Origin: Candidatus Moanibacter sp.
Lineage (GTDB): Bacteria; Verrucomicrobiota; Verrucomicrobiia; Opitutales; UBA2987
DNA length: 64,000 nucleotides
Assembly (NCBI GenBank): GCA_965215885.1
Contig: CBDCEW010000104.1
Span: forward strand, 128,001-192,000
Reading direction: 5' to 3'
The position numbers were made by a program, and so were the translations under genes. A model generated the notes under the pieces. The model saw only the letters and a list, made by a program, of their open reading frames with translations, was not told the origin of the DNA and did not search any database. Of this stretch, positions 21,018 through 31,057 are shown piece after piece (the first letter of the stretch is position 1; each line of letters opens with the position of its first letter).

Positions 21018-21986
21018 CTAAAACCAATTCGCCTTATCCACGATATTGACGAGTTCCTCTCCGTCAGCGAACCGTTTTGCATTTTTTGCCATGAGCGCGA
21101 CTCGTCTTCCATGCAAATGAGGACCGGAGGCAGCGACGTGAGGCGTCATAAGGAAGTTTGGCGCCGTCCATAGGGGGTGTTCTTTTGGGAGCGGCTCCTC
21201 TTCAAAGACATCGAGAGCGGCACCGGCAATCTGATTCTCCCGGAGAGCCCGATCGAGGTCGGCCAGCACTACATTAGATCCCCTTCCGATATTGATGAAA
21301 AAGGCACTCTGTTTCATTCGCTCGAATTTCGCCGAGTTGAAAAGCCCTTCGGTCGAGGGTGTCTGCGGCGCTGTTAGAATGACAAAATCCGCGCTGGGCA
21401 GGAGCGATTCGAGGTCTTCGGGCCGGTGGAGTTCATCAACGCCGTCTGGAGCCGTCGTGACGCGGGGGTCGACGCCAATCACCTTCATGCCCCAATGCTT
21501 ACAATGGCGGGCAGTTTCGCCACCGATACCGCCGACACCGATGATAAGCGCGGTCGATTCGGGCAGGTAAGTGGAGGTTCTCGACTCACCGCCTTCTTGC
21601 CAGCGACCTTCGAACTGATCGCGAAAGTATTGATGCATTTCCCGCGAAAATACGAGGATGAAGGCCATAATATGGGTCGAGATGTGGTCGTTGAAGATAC
21701 CACGGAAATTGGTTACAACGACGTCGCTTCGGATCAGTTCGTTGAAATAGTAACCCTTGGGAGGACCTGCCGCGGGAGCGGCCAGCCACTTCAGGTTGGT
21801 GCCCGCCGTGAGCAACTCCGGATCGAGGGTGCCGAAACAGGCGTCGGCCCCGGGCAGGGCGGCAAGGGCCTCCTGTCGGTTCGAGCAATGATTGATCTCC
21901 AAATTCGGAACAGCTTTCCGCATTGCTTCCGCAAAGAGGTTTTCTCGTCTACTCGGAGGCGGAAGGAACACGAATTTGTATGACAT
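21018..21986 (-). CDS. D-2-hydroxyacid dehydrogenase
   Basis: GVGGIG, INIGRG, AALDVFEEEPL, TPHVA. Confidence 0.92.
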   Translation of the reverse strand: MSYKFVFLPPPSRRENLFAEAMRKAVPNLEINHCSNRQEALAALPGADACFGTLDPELLTAGTNLKWLAAPAAGPPKGYYFNELIRSDVVVTNFRGIFNDHISTHIMAFILVFSREMHQYFRDQFEGRWQEGGESRTSTYLPESTALIIGVGGIGGETARHCKHWGMKVIGVDPRVTTAPDGVDELHRPEDLESLLPSADFVILTAPQTPSTEGLFNSAKFERMKQSAFFINIGRGSNVVLADLDRALRENQIAGAALDVFEEEPLPKEHPLWTAPNFLMTPHVAASGPHLHGRRVALMAKNAKRFADGEELVNIVDKANWF

Positions 21987-22205
21987 TATTTTCGTTACCT
22001 CATCACGAATTCTATCGCAAACCCTTTTCTCCGGAAATTCTCCACGAATCTTACCGGTTCTTCAATGGCGAGGTTCACACTGGGCAATCAACAACTGCTG
22101 TGTCAAAGATACAGGATGAAACAGTGTTGCTTGTTTCAGACTCGACACGTATTCTCCGATAGAAAGGGATGATCGAAGCATTAAAGAGCCCAACCGACTG
22201 AATGC

Positions 22206-23144
22206 ATGCGGACGGTCCTCGACGAAATCGGCAATACCGCGCTGGTGGAATTGCAAAGCCTCGGACGTGGATTACCACAACCCGTCTTAGCAAAGTGTGA
22301 GCACCTCAATCCTGGCGGTAGCGTCAAAGATCGTATAGCCCTCGCGATCGTCGACGACGCTGAGGAACGTGGATTGCTGCGACCTGGGATGACGCTGGTC
22401 GAAGCGACGGCGGGAAACACCGGGGTGGGTCTCGCGCTCGTCGCGGGCCTGCGCGGATACGACCTTGTCTGCGTCATGCCTGAGAAAATGAGCCACGACA
22501 AACGTCGGGCTCTCGCATCGTTGGGAGCGCGGGTAGTCATCACTCCGAACGCGCCGCCGAGCAGCCAGGACAATTTTCAGAACGCGGCCCGTTCCATGGC
22601 GGCTGAGGAGGGCTGGTTCCTGACGGATCAGTTCGAGAATCCGGTCAATGTACAAGTCCACAAGGAGACGACTGGTGCCGAGATCCTCGAACAGTGCGGC
22701 GGGTGCTTGGGCGCATTCGTCTCGGGTGCGGGAACCGGGGGAACGATAAGTGGCGTTGGGCGGGCCCTCAAACATGCAAATCCGGATTTGGTTATCGTCC
22801 TCGCGGACCCGGTCGGTTCGGGTCTTGCCGGATGGGTCGAAACCGGTGAAATCGGGCCGGACGGCCCCTATTCAGTTGAAGGCATCGGCGCGAGCAAGCC
22901 GCCAGGGAACCTGCACCGTGATTTCATTGACGCCGCCGAGAGCATCAGGGACGAGGAGAGCTTCGAAATAACGCGCCGACTGATCGTCGAGGAGGGGCTT
23001 CTCGTGGGAGGTTCCTCTGGCACAAATGTCGCCGCTGCTCTTCGAATTGCGTCCCGCAACGAAGTGAAGGGCCCCGTGGTTACAGTTCTTCCTGACTAAT
23101 GGGATCGCTACTTTGATACCGATTGGATGAAAGCCTGGAGGTGA
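22206..23144 (+). CDS. Cysteine synthase/cystathionine beta-synthase-family PLP enzyme, with nonsense codon 15 codons before the natural end
   Basis: NPGGSVKDR (PLP lysine), EATAGNTG, GAGTGGT, GGSSG; VLPD-TAA-WDRY continues in frame to TGA at 23142-23144. Confidence 0.88.
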
Positions 23145-23345
23145 CGAAGCTCTCTCCATTTGTCAGCGATACGAGAAACGATTGAATGTGGGCCTGTAAG
23201 AATCCTTATGATATTGACCAATGCTCGACGTAATTTGATAACCTAACCCGGAAATTTGTGAGGAAAGCTGGCTATGTCCGCAGGAAACCAAAGGACGTTT
23301 AGTCGGAAAATATTCCTGGAAATCTGAAAAAAGGAAAGCAAGGAC

Positions 23346-24728
23346 ATGTCAAAGAAAAAGCGGTATGCCCAAGTAGGTCTCGGTGGACGCCATCTTCTCT
23401 GGCGAAACTCCGTCCTGGATTCGCACTCAGAGTATTGTGAGCTGGTAGGTTTGTGTGACATCAATGAAGGGCGTCTGCGATTGGCGCAGCGGCAGGTCGA
23501 AGAGAAATCGGAGCAACGCATACCCGGATACGGTGGTGAGGAGTTTGACCGAATGATAGAGGAGACACGGCCCGATTGCGTGATTGTGACCACGATAGAC
23601 CGGACACACGACTTTTTCATCTGTCGTGCCATGGAACTCGGTTGCGATGTCATCACAGAAAAACCGATTACGATCGATGAGAATCGTTGTCAGCGAATCC
23701 TCGATACGCAGAAGAGGACGGGAAGAGAAATACGAGTGACCTTTAACTATCGCTATTCTCCGCCCCGTACTCAGATAAAGGAGTTGCTTATGTCGGGGCT
23801 GATCGGCGAGATCCTTTCGGTTGATTTTCATTGGATGCTCGATACCCGTCACGGTGCGGATTACTTTCGCCGTTGGCATCGAAAGAAGGAGAATTCCGGC
23901 GGTCTGCTCGTCCATAAGGCGACGCATCATTTCGATCTGGTAAACTGGTGGCTATCGTCCGTTCCGGATTCAGTTTTTGCAGTAGGGCATCTCAGATTCT
24001 ACAAACCTGAAACGGCCGAGCGATACGGATTGGTGGACCGGGGGGAGCGTTGTCATGATTGCGGTTCGGCGGGCAGGTGTCCGTTTTTTCTCGATCTCAG
24101 TGGCGGAAAGTCGACTAACGGCAAGAGCGAGCTCGCGGGACTGTATCTTGAATGCGAAGAATACGACGGCTACTATCGTGACCGTTGCGTCTTCAGCGGA
24201 GAGATTGATATTGAGGATTCGATGAATGTGATCGTCTCCTATCGCAGCGGCGTAAAGATGACTTATTCGCTGAATGCATTCAGTCCCTGGGAGGGCCATA
24301 CCGTTGCTTTCAACGGGACGCGAGGACGCATCGAACACAAATGCGAGGAGTCAGTTTACATCAGCGGGGACGGGTCGGTTCCGGGAGCGTTGAAACGCGA
24401 GGGAACATGGACGAGAATCTATCCGCATTGGAAGGAAGCCTACGAAGTGGATATCTGGGTCGCTGAAGGGGGCCACGGGGGAGGGGATCAGCCTCTCGTG
24501 GAGGACGTATTCAGCCCTTCTCCACCAAAAGACAAGTATCTGCGAACCGCGGACCACCGAGCCGGGATATGGTCAGTCATCACGGGAGCGGCTGCCAATC
24601 GCTCGATCGAAACCGGTGAAGCCGTATCCATCGACTCAATTATCACGGGTTTGGAGATGCCGGATTATCCACCCATGCCGGACGGTTCAGAACCACTTTC
24701 GGTCCCGGAGGAAGCGGTCGCCGGCTAA
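23346..24728 (+). CDS. Gfo/Idh/MocA oxidoreductase
   Basis: VGLGGR, ITEKP, FNYRY, HGADYFRRWHR, HKATHHFD, GHGGGD. Confidence 0.92.
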   Translation: MSKKKRYAQVGLGGRHLLWRNSVLDSHSEYCELVGLCDINEGRLRLAQRQVEEKSEQRIPGYGGEEFDRMIEETRPDCVIVTTIDRTHDFFICRAMELGCDVITEKPITIDENRCQRILDTQKRTGREIRVTFNYRYSPPRTQIKELLMSGLIGEILSVDFHWMLDTRHGADYFRRWHRKKENSGGLLVHKATHHFDLVNWWLSSVPDSVFAVGHLRFYKPETAERYGLVDRGERCHDCGSAGRCPFFLDLSGGKSTNGKSELAGLYLECEEYDGYYRDRCVFSGEIDIEDSMNVIVSYRSGVKMTYSLNAFSPWEGHTVAFNGTRGRIEHKCEESVYISGDGSVPGALKREGTWTRIYPHWKEAYEVDIWVAEGGHGGGDQPLVEDVFSPSPPKDKYLRTADHRAGIWSVITGAAANRSIETGEAVSIDSIITGLEMPDYPPMPDGSEPLSVPEEAVAG

Positions 24729-24806
24729 GCATGCGGTGCGAACACAGGTATGAATTCGAAGATCATGCGGCGAACGCTTCTTGAAGCTGGGAATCGGCTC
24801 GGGATT

Positions 24807-24954
24807 AACCCACCCCTGCCCCTCCCGGGAGGGAATAACCCACCCCTAACCCCTCCGCGGGAGGGGAACTTAATAAGCGAACAACGAATTGAAAAGATCC
24901 CCTCCTGCGGAGGGGTGGGCCCGTTCAGCGGGACCGGGGTGGCTGTAGGGCGGA
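24807..24954. repeat. REP-like CCCACCCCT..CCCCTCC..GGAGGG element (two direct units plus an inverted partner)
   Basis: AACCCACCCCTGCCCCTCCCGGGAGGGAA, AACCCACCCCTAACCCCTCCGCGGGAGGGGAA, then TCCCCTCCTGCGGAGGGG...GGGGTGG. Confidence 0.7.
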
Positions 24955-25089
24955 ATGGGTGGAGTCAAAGGTTCATCCATGTTTGATCCGGCCTGGCGTG
25001 GGCGAGTCGAACCGACAAATCGTAACGTGACCAGGGGTCCGATGATCAGCAGGTAGCTCGCTGATCAAGGAAGAGCTACCAATAATCCA

Positions 25090-26013
25090 TTGAGTCATCC
25101 TGAGCAGGGTTTTCTGGGAATAGAGATCGGGGGAAGTAAACTCCAGATCGTTTATGGTAAAGGCGCCGGCGACATCCAGAAACGGCGTAGATTTGAAGTC
25201 GATCAGGAGCTTGGCGGAGACGGCATTCGCAATCAGATAAAGGGTGCCGTTTTTGAAATGATTCGTGAATGCTCCCCGGTTGGTATTGGCGTTGGTTTTG
25301 GCGGGCCCGTAGATTGGCGTAACGGTCGAATCAGCCGGTCTCATCAGATTGAAGGCTGGTCTGGGTTTGAACTGGCGGATTGGTTGTCCGAACTGGCCCG
25401 GTTGCCTGTTTGCGTGGAAAACGATACCAACCTCGCGGCCCTCGCGGAAGCGCACCGTGGCAGCGGTCAGGGGAAATCGCCTGTGTTCTACGTGACTCTT
25501 GGCAGTGGTGTCGGGGGTGGACTGATTGTGAAAGGCGAGATCTATCACGGTGTCGCTCCTGGAGAATCTGAAATTGGACATATCCGGTTGGACCAACAGG
25601 GTGCCATCGTCGAAGATCGATGCTCCGGCTGGGCCGTCGATCGAAAGATCAGAGACGTCTGCCGTGAACAGCCGGAATCTCTGTTAGCGAAGTTGGCCCG
25701 GGAATCTCCAGGAAGTGACGCGAGGCATTTAAGCCGGGCTCTGCAGGAAAATGATCCAGTGGCCCAGGAGGTGCTTGCGGAAACTGTGAATGACCTTGCT
25801 CTTGGATTGTCCCACGTCGTTCACCTCTTTCATCCTGAAGTGATTGCCATTGGAGGTGGATTGTCTCTCCTGGGCGAGCCTCTACGCGAGGCCCTGATGA
25901 GAGTGTTACCGCGATTTGTTATGGGAGTTTTTCGAGACAGAATGGACGTTAGGTTAGCTTCCTTGGGGGAGGATTCCGTCCCCGCCGGAGCCCTGATTCT
26001 GGCGGGACGATAA
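25090..26013 (+). CDS. ROK-family sugar kinase
   Basis: GIEIGGSK, VENDTN.AALAE, TLGSGVGGG, EIGH, IGGG. Confidence 0.9.
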   Translation: MSHPEQGFLGIEIGGSKLQIVYGKGAGDIQKRRRFEVDQELGGDGIRNQIKGAVFEMIRECSPVGIGVGFGGPVDWRNGRISRSHQIEGWSGFELADWLSELARLPVCVENDTNLAALAEAHRGSGQGKSPVFYVTLGSGVGGGLIVKGEIYHGVAPGESEIGHIRLDQQGAIVEDRCSGWAVDRKIRDVCREQPESLLAKLARESPGSDARHLSRALQENDPVAQEVLAETVNDLALGLSHVVHLFHPEVIAIGGGLSLLGEPLREALMRVLPRFVMGVFRDRMDVRLASLGEDSVPAGALILAGR

Positions 26014-26050
26014 CTAATCGTTGAGACTCCAGCAATAAAATGCTGCGGAA

Positions 26051-26085
26051 TCTCATTTCACATTTAACAGAAATGTGAAATGAGA
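26051..26085. terminator. 15-bp perfect hairpin between convergent genes (bidirectional terminator or collapsed MITE)
   Basis: TCTCATTTCACATTT-AACAG-AAATGTGAAATGAGA. Confidence 0.5.
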
Positions 26086-26092
26086 GGCGTTT

Positions 26093-26187
26093 GTCATTGC
26101 GAGGTCTGCGGCACAGCAGACCGTGGCAATCTAGTGTTACAGATGGTCGAATGCGTGGATTGCTTCGTCATTCTTCCTCGCAATGAC
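26093..26187. repeat. GTCATTGCGAG-type palindromic repeat (CGTC-type REP doublet)
   Basis: GTCATTGCGAGG...GCAATC-spacer-GATTGCTTCG...CCTCGCAATGAC. Confidence 0.8.
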
Positions 26188-26235
26188 GAGCTTCAAATGG
26201 GGCGGGGAGTCGACTCAATCCTCCATGCCGTTACA

Positions 26236-27198
26236 CTATTTCATCACACCGAGTGATTTCTCCCCCGCGCTGATGAATTCTACGGCGGGACTCTCGATGC
26301 GTCCGTAGGCGTTCCACACCTTGAAGCCGAGGAGGGCGAGAAGGTCTTCGTCGACTTCATCGATGACCTCCTTGTGTGTACCCACCGTGAAGTTTGTCTG
26401 CGGTCTGAATTGGGGTCCGCAAAAGGTCGACAGAATGGCCAGTCGATCATGAGCTCCGGTGTGTGCGCCGGTACCATGCCATGTGCGCGCGTCCAGAACA
26501 AGCGCGGTGCCGGCCGAGGCCTCGGGTTGAACGGTTTCGGACTCGCCCGCTTCGTTGGGTTGGAACCCCCGAAGATGACTTCCAGGGACGAGTCGCGTCG
26601 CTCCGGTCTCGGTCGTGAAATCCACCAGCATCCAGATGACATTGACGGCGGCGAGCGGCGCAATCATGGGAAGTTCGGTGGAATCGTCCGTATCAAATCG
26701 CTCTCGTGTCATCGACCCGATCGGCAAGGGATCGCGGTCGCGCCGGGTCGGCGCCGGCATCCACCATTGATCGGTGTGGAGCGGCATCGCGACTCCGCCT
26801 GGTTTAGCGATATTTGCGGAATAACTGGAGAGGAGGTATTCCTCCCCGAGGAATCGATCGACCATGGCCCGGACGGATCTGACCTTGAATATCTCATGAA
26901 AGACGCGACCCTTGTTGATGAGGTTCCAAACACGTTGGTTCCGTCCACCGGCTGCTTCCTTAAATGCTTCCGGCCGAATGCGTCCGTCCTCGTCACGAAA
27001 TGCACCCCAGTTCTGTTGGGAGCCCCCGTCTCTGAAATCCAACTGGTGCGCGATCTCCGCCGCTGCCTGTTCAACGAGCCTTTCCGACATCGCCTCAACC
27101 TGCTCCGAAGACAGAGCATTCGCGATCAAGCAGAAGCCCGCCTCCTTAAAATCGCGTTTCGCAATTTGCAGGTTTTCTGTAGGATCAGGATTAGTCAT
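26236..27198 (-). CDS. Phytanoyl-CoA dioxygenase (PhyH)-family Fe(II)/2-oxoglutarate oxygenase
   Basis: LHTD (HxD), GATRLVPGSH, WHGTG, R of the 2OG-binding strand. Confidence 0.88.
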   Translation of the reverse strand: MTNPDPTENLQIAKRDFKEAGFCLIANALSSEQVEAMSERLVEQAAAEIAHQLDFRDGGSQQNWGAFRDEDGRIRPEAFKEAAGGRNQRVWNLINKGRVFHEIFKVRSVRAMVDRFLGEEYLLSSYSANIAKPGGVAMPLHTDQWWMPAPTRRDRDPLPIGSMTRERFDTDDSTELPMIAPLAAVNVIWMLVDFTTETGATRLVPGSHLRGFQPNEAGESETVQPEASAGTALVLDARTWHGTGAHTGAHDRLAILSTFCGPQFRPQTNFTVGTHKEVIDEVDEDLLALLGFKVWNAYGRIESPAVEFISAGEKSLGVMK

Positions 27199-27217
27199 TG
27201 ATTCTTGTGGAAATCTC

Positions 27218-27294
27218 CCACGTTCTTGCGAACACGGCTACTGTGCTCCGTAGGTCGTTGATATTTGTAGCCGCCCTGCCGTACGGCAGGGTGG
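27218..27294. repeat. Two back-to-back GTAG-tagged REP hairpins
   Basis: Minus strand GTAGCCGTGTTCGCAAGAACGTGG (27218-27241); plus strand GTAGCCGCCCTGCCGTACGGCAGGGTGG (27267-27294). Confidence 0.65.
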
Positions 27295-27354
27295 TCTCCA
27301 ATTCCAAGACGATGACTTTTTCACTGGCATCTCCATTTAAAGGATTCCACGATT

Positions 27355-29034
27355 CTAATCCGGCAACCATACGCTCGGAGCGATTCCGGCGATGTCCGTC
27401 TTTACATCGACTATAGCCGGTTTTCCAGACGCAAAGGCCTGGTCGATGGCGCCTGCGATCTCGGCCGGTTTATCCACGCGGATGCCGCATCCACCCATCG
27501 ACTCCGCCATAGCGGCAAAATCCGCATCTTCGAATACCCAGAGTTCGTCTGACCCCACAGTCTGCTCGCCGTATATCCTCTCATTGACGCTCTTTTCCTG
27601 ATTGAGAGAATGATTATTGTTGATGACGGTAACTGTTTGAATTCCGCAGCGCACCGCCGTCTCGAGTTCAGTCATGTGATACCAGATCCCCCCATCCCCA
27701 GAAAAGCAGACAACGGGCCGATCGCCGACGGCACATTTTGCACCCAAGGCTGCGGGAAATCCCCAGCCGAGCGACCCTGCGCACCGAAGGTAGTTCTGCT
27801 CCGGGTACTTGAGATCAATCATCGTTCCGGTCCATATGCCCGCGTGTCCTGTGTCCGATACAAAAACCGCGTCAGAAGGGAGACAATCAGTCAATTCCTT
27901 GCATAAGCGTTCCGGTCTAATCGGAATCGTATCCGCCTGAAAAAGTGGATCCATCTCGTCGCGCCACTCCTTTACGATCCGTTCAACTCTCTGGTTCCAG
28001 GCCGGATGCGTATTTTCCGCCCCTGCACCCGAGGCATCGAGCAATCTACGCAGCGCCGCCCCTGCATCGGCCTGCATCGCAACTTCAGCGGGATAGCTTC
28101 TTCCCAACTCCGTTGGGTCGATATCGATCTGCACGACTCGTGTTCCGGGCGCCGGAATGCGCCAGTGGTGGGTTACCTGGCCGCCGGTATGACTGCCGAT
28201 GAAAATTACGAGGTCCGCTTCAAAGACGACACGGTTGGCACACGCGCGTGAGTATTCGCCAGGTACTCCAACCGAAAGCGGATGATCGTGCGGCATTGTG
28301 GTCTTCGCGTTGAGGGCTGTTGCCACGGGTATCGAATGCCGCTCCGCGAAGGCCAACAGCTCATCGCGGGCGCCTGAAGCGGTCACTCCTCCACCGGCCA
28401 CGATGACGGGACGCTCCGCGGAACCGATCGCGGCGAGCGCATCCCGCACGCTCTCATCTCCAGGCTCCGGCCGAAAGGGGGGCAGACTTGCGAAAATCTT
28501 CTCTTGCACGACCTCGAGGTCCGCAGCCGCATCCGCAATTTCGTCACCGATGAATCCTTCAATATCGAGGTGGGTTGGCCCGGGACACCCTACCACCGCC
28601 TCACGAAAAGCCTGCCGCAGCCGAAACGGAAGCTGATCTAGTCCCGTGACGAGGACATTGTACTTCGTCACTGCTTCGAAAGGGGCGAGATGATCGACTT
28701 CCTGGTAGGCATGCCGGTGCTGTTCGAGCTCTCTGCAACGCCCGGTTATGGCGATGACTGGCGAGCACGCGAGATAGGCATCCTGTAGTCCTGCCGCCAG
28801 ATTAACCGCACCGACGGATTGAGACATGCAGAGACCCGGCCCCCTCGAGATTCGCGCATAGCCGTCAGCCATATAGGCAGCAGCCTTCTCCCCGTGTGTC
28901 ATGACGCGGCGGATACCGCGCTTTTCCATTTCCATGAGCGCTCGCGGCGCGATCACAGGCATAAAAAATACATGCGTAATTCCGTAACCCTGGGCGGATT
29001 CCGCAATGAATTCTCCACCTTTCATTCTTGCCAT
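27355..29034 (-). CDS. Thiamine pyrophosphate-binding enzyme (acetolactate synthase large subunit-like)
   Basis: HGEKAAAYMADGYAR, GSLGWGFPAALG, GDGG...NN. Confidence 0.9.
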   Translation of the reverse strand: MARMKGGEFIAESAQGYGITHVFFMPVIAPRALMEMEKRGIRRVMTHGEKAAAYMADGYARISRGPGLCMSQSVGAVNLAAGLQDAYLACSPVIAITGRCRELEQHRHAYQEVDHLAPFEAVTKYNVLVTGLDQLPFRLRQAFREAVVGCPGPTHLDIEGFIGDEIADAAADLEVVQEKIFASLPPFRPEPGDESVRDALAAIGSAERPVIVAGGGVTASGARDELLAFAERHSIPVATALNAKTTMPHDHPLSVGVPGEYSRACANRVVFEADLVIFIGSHTGGQVTHHWRIPAPGTRVVQIDIDPTELGRSYPAEVAMQADAGAALRRLLDASGAGAENTHPAWNQRVERIVKEWRDEMDPLFQADTIPIRPERLCKELTDCLPSDAVFVSDTGHAGIWTGTMIDLKYPEQNYLRCAGSLGWGFPAALGAKCAVGDRPVVCFSGDGGIWYHMTELETAVRCGIQTVTVINNNHSLNQEKSVNERIYGEQTVGSDELWVFEDADFAAMAESMGGCGIRVDKPAEIAGAIDQAFASGKPAIVDVKTDIAGIAPSVWLPD

Positions 29035-29127
29035 CGTTACTTCTTCAGAACAGTTAGGAATTAGTGTTAGAGGAATCTGCCGGAGTTTGAGTCCAACAGA
29101 TCTCTACCGCGAAGATTCCGAAAAATC

Positions 29128-30402
29128 TTGGACAAATGCAAGAATTCTGACGAAATTGTGCGAGTATTAGCCCAGTTCACCGGAATGCTTGGAGTCCTGC
29201 GGGTATCTTCATTTCGCTACTTGTTTCTCGGTAGCGCTCTCTGGTGGTTTGCGTTGTGGATGGAATTTTTGGGGGTCGGGTGGATCGCCCTCGAGTTAAC
29301 CGATTCACCATTTTACGTCGGCCTTGTCGGATTTTTTCGGATGATCCCGTTGCTTCTGGCCGGTTTATTCTCGGGATTCATCATCGATCGAATTGGAAGG
29401 CGACGAATCGTTGTTTTCGCACAGGTCTTGCATTTCTCGGTAGCGGTGACCATGGCCCTTCTGTTTTTCTCAGAGAACGCGGAATACTGGCACATCGCGA
29501 CGGCCGCATTCGCCTTTGGAACGATATGGTCAATTGACTTTCCTGCCCGCCGCTCCCTGATTCCTGATCTCGTAGGGAAAAAGATGACGGCCGATGCCGT
29601 CATTTGTGAGGGATTTGCCATGAACGCAGGTCGGCTGTTTGGACCACTTGCAGCAGGGTTTGTCCTTCAAATAGCGGGCGCACTGGGATGCTACATTCTC
29701 TTGTGCGCCGTTTCGCTGTCGTCCCTCATCTTTTTGCGGCGATTGCCTTCCGGCTTCATCCCGCGCGATGCCATGCCGGCGGCTGATTCACCTTGGAAGC
29801 ATCTGCGCGATGGATTAACCTATGCGCGGCGGCACCGGGTCATCCTTGCCGTTCTTCTGATAACGATGGTGGCAAATTATCTCGCGTTTCCCTATGTGGC
29901 CCTGCTGCCGGTTTTTGCGCGGGATGTATTTCACCAGGGTCCAAGTGGGCTTGGACTCATTGGAATGGCGGCTGGTCTGGGAGCTCTGCCAGGGATACTG
30001 ATCATTTACCGTATGAAGAAGAAGATTCCGGAAGGTGTGATCTACTCGGTCGGCACCTTCGGCTTTTGCGTGGCGCTCGCCGTTTTCGCAATGTCCTCGT
30101 CGTTCTCGCTCTCTTTTCTCGTGCTTCTTATCGCCGGCATCGGCCATGCATGCTTTGGATTGATGCAGACCACTCTTATACTCGGTTCGGCAAGTGACGA
30201 GATGAGAAGCCGGGCCATGGGATTAATTGTCCTGGCCATCGGAGTCGGTCCTATTGGGACGCTTCAGATGGGCGCACTGGCTTCTGAGTTCGGGGCTCCC
30301 TTTGCAGTTCGGGTATCGGCGTTGTTGGGGGCAATTCTCATAATTATCATAGTAGTCCTGCTGCCTCAGATATGGAGAGCTGGGAAACAACTCACCTCAT
30401 AA
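29128..30402 (+). CDS. MFS transporter
   Basis: About 12 hydrophobic helices, GFIIDRIGRRR motif A, DFPARRSLIPDLV; true start may be ATG 29185. Confidence 0.9.
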   Translation: MDKCKNSDEIVRVLAQFTGMLGVLRVSSFRYLFLGSALWWFALWMEFLGVGWIALELTDSPFYVGLVGFFRMIPLLLAGLFSGFIIDRIGRRRIVVFAQVLHFSVAVTMALLFFSENAEYWHIATAAFAFGTIWSIDFPARRSLIPDLVGKKMTADAVICEGFAMNAGRLFGPLAAGFVLQIAGALGCYILLCAVSLSSLIFLRRLPSGFIPRDAMPAADSPWKHLRDGLTYARRHRVILAVLLITMVANYLAFPYVALLPVFARDVFHQGPSGLGLIGMAAGLGALPGILIIYRMKKKIPEGVIYSVGTFGFCVALAVFAMSSSFSLSFLVLLIAGIGHACFGLMQTTLILGSASDEMRSRAMGLIVLAIGVGPIGTLQMGALASEFGAPFAVRVSALLGAILIIIIVVLLPQIWRAGKQLTS

Positions 30403-30497
30403 AGGCTTGTCCTGAAAGACGCCTAAACTTACTTTCCATATTTCATAGCGAGTAGCTATTCTCGATAAGTGGGTAAGAGATTCAAAAGGGCTCTAAA

Positions 30498-30956
30498 ATG
30501 AGACTAAATCTGAACTGGGATACTGTTTCTCAGGAGACCGTCAGGCAGTTTGATGAAGAAGGATATTTGATTGTCCGCGAGGCGCTCGATGCGGACGCGG
30601 TTGACCCCCTCACGGAGGCCGCCGACCGGCTTGTTGCCAGTGATAATTTGGAAAACCGTCAGACTCGAGATAATGGCCAGTATGATGGATTTCGCAACTG
30701 CATTGCTCTGGATGACGCCTTCCTTCCGCTTCTCATGCATGAAACTGTCTTCCCGATGGTAATTCAGTTCCTGGGCGCCTACCTTCATCTCGTGACTTCG
30801 CATCTCATCTACAAACACCCCGATCCTCCAGGCACTCATCCGGGAACCAGGCATCCGAGTTGGCATCGCGACTACGGGCGTTTTACCAGCGATCTGGGTC
30901 AGGCCGCCGATGTGGAAAGAACATTTGATAAATTCGTGACGAGTGGATGGTTTTAG
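30498..30956 (+). pseudogene. PhyH-family dioxygenase, truncated or internally deleted
   Basis: QFDEEGYLIVREAL and WHRD (HxD) present, but the protein ends at 152 aa without the GSH strand or distal His. Confidence 0.7.
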
Positions 30957-31057
30957 GGTGTCGTTCAATCGGCTTTAACTTGGTAATACCCCGTACGCGG
31001 CAAGCCGGGACGGGGAAGAATCATCTTGGATAATGAAACGCAATAGAACTTACTAAT

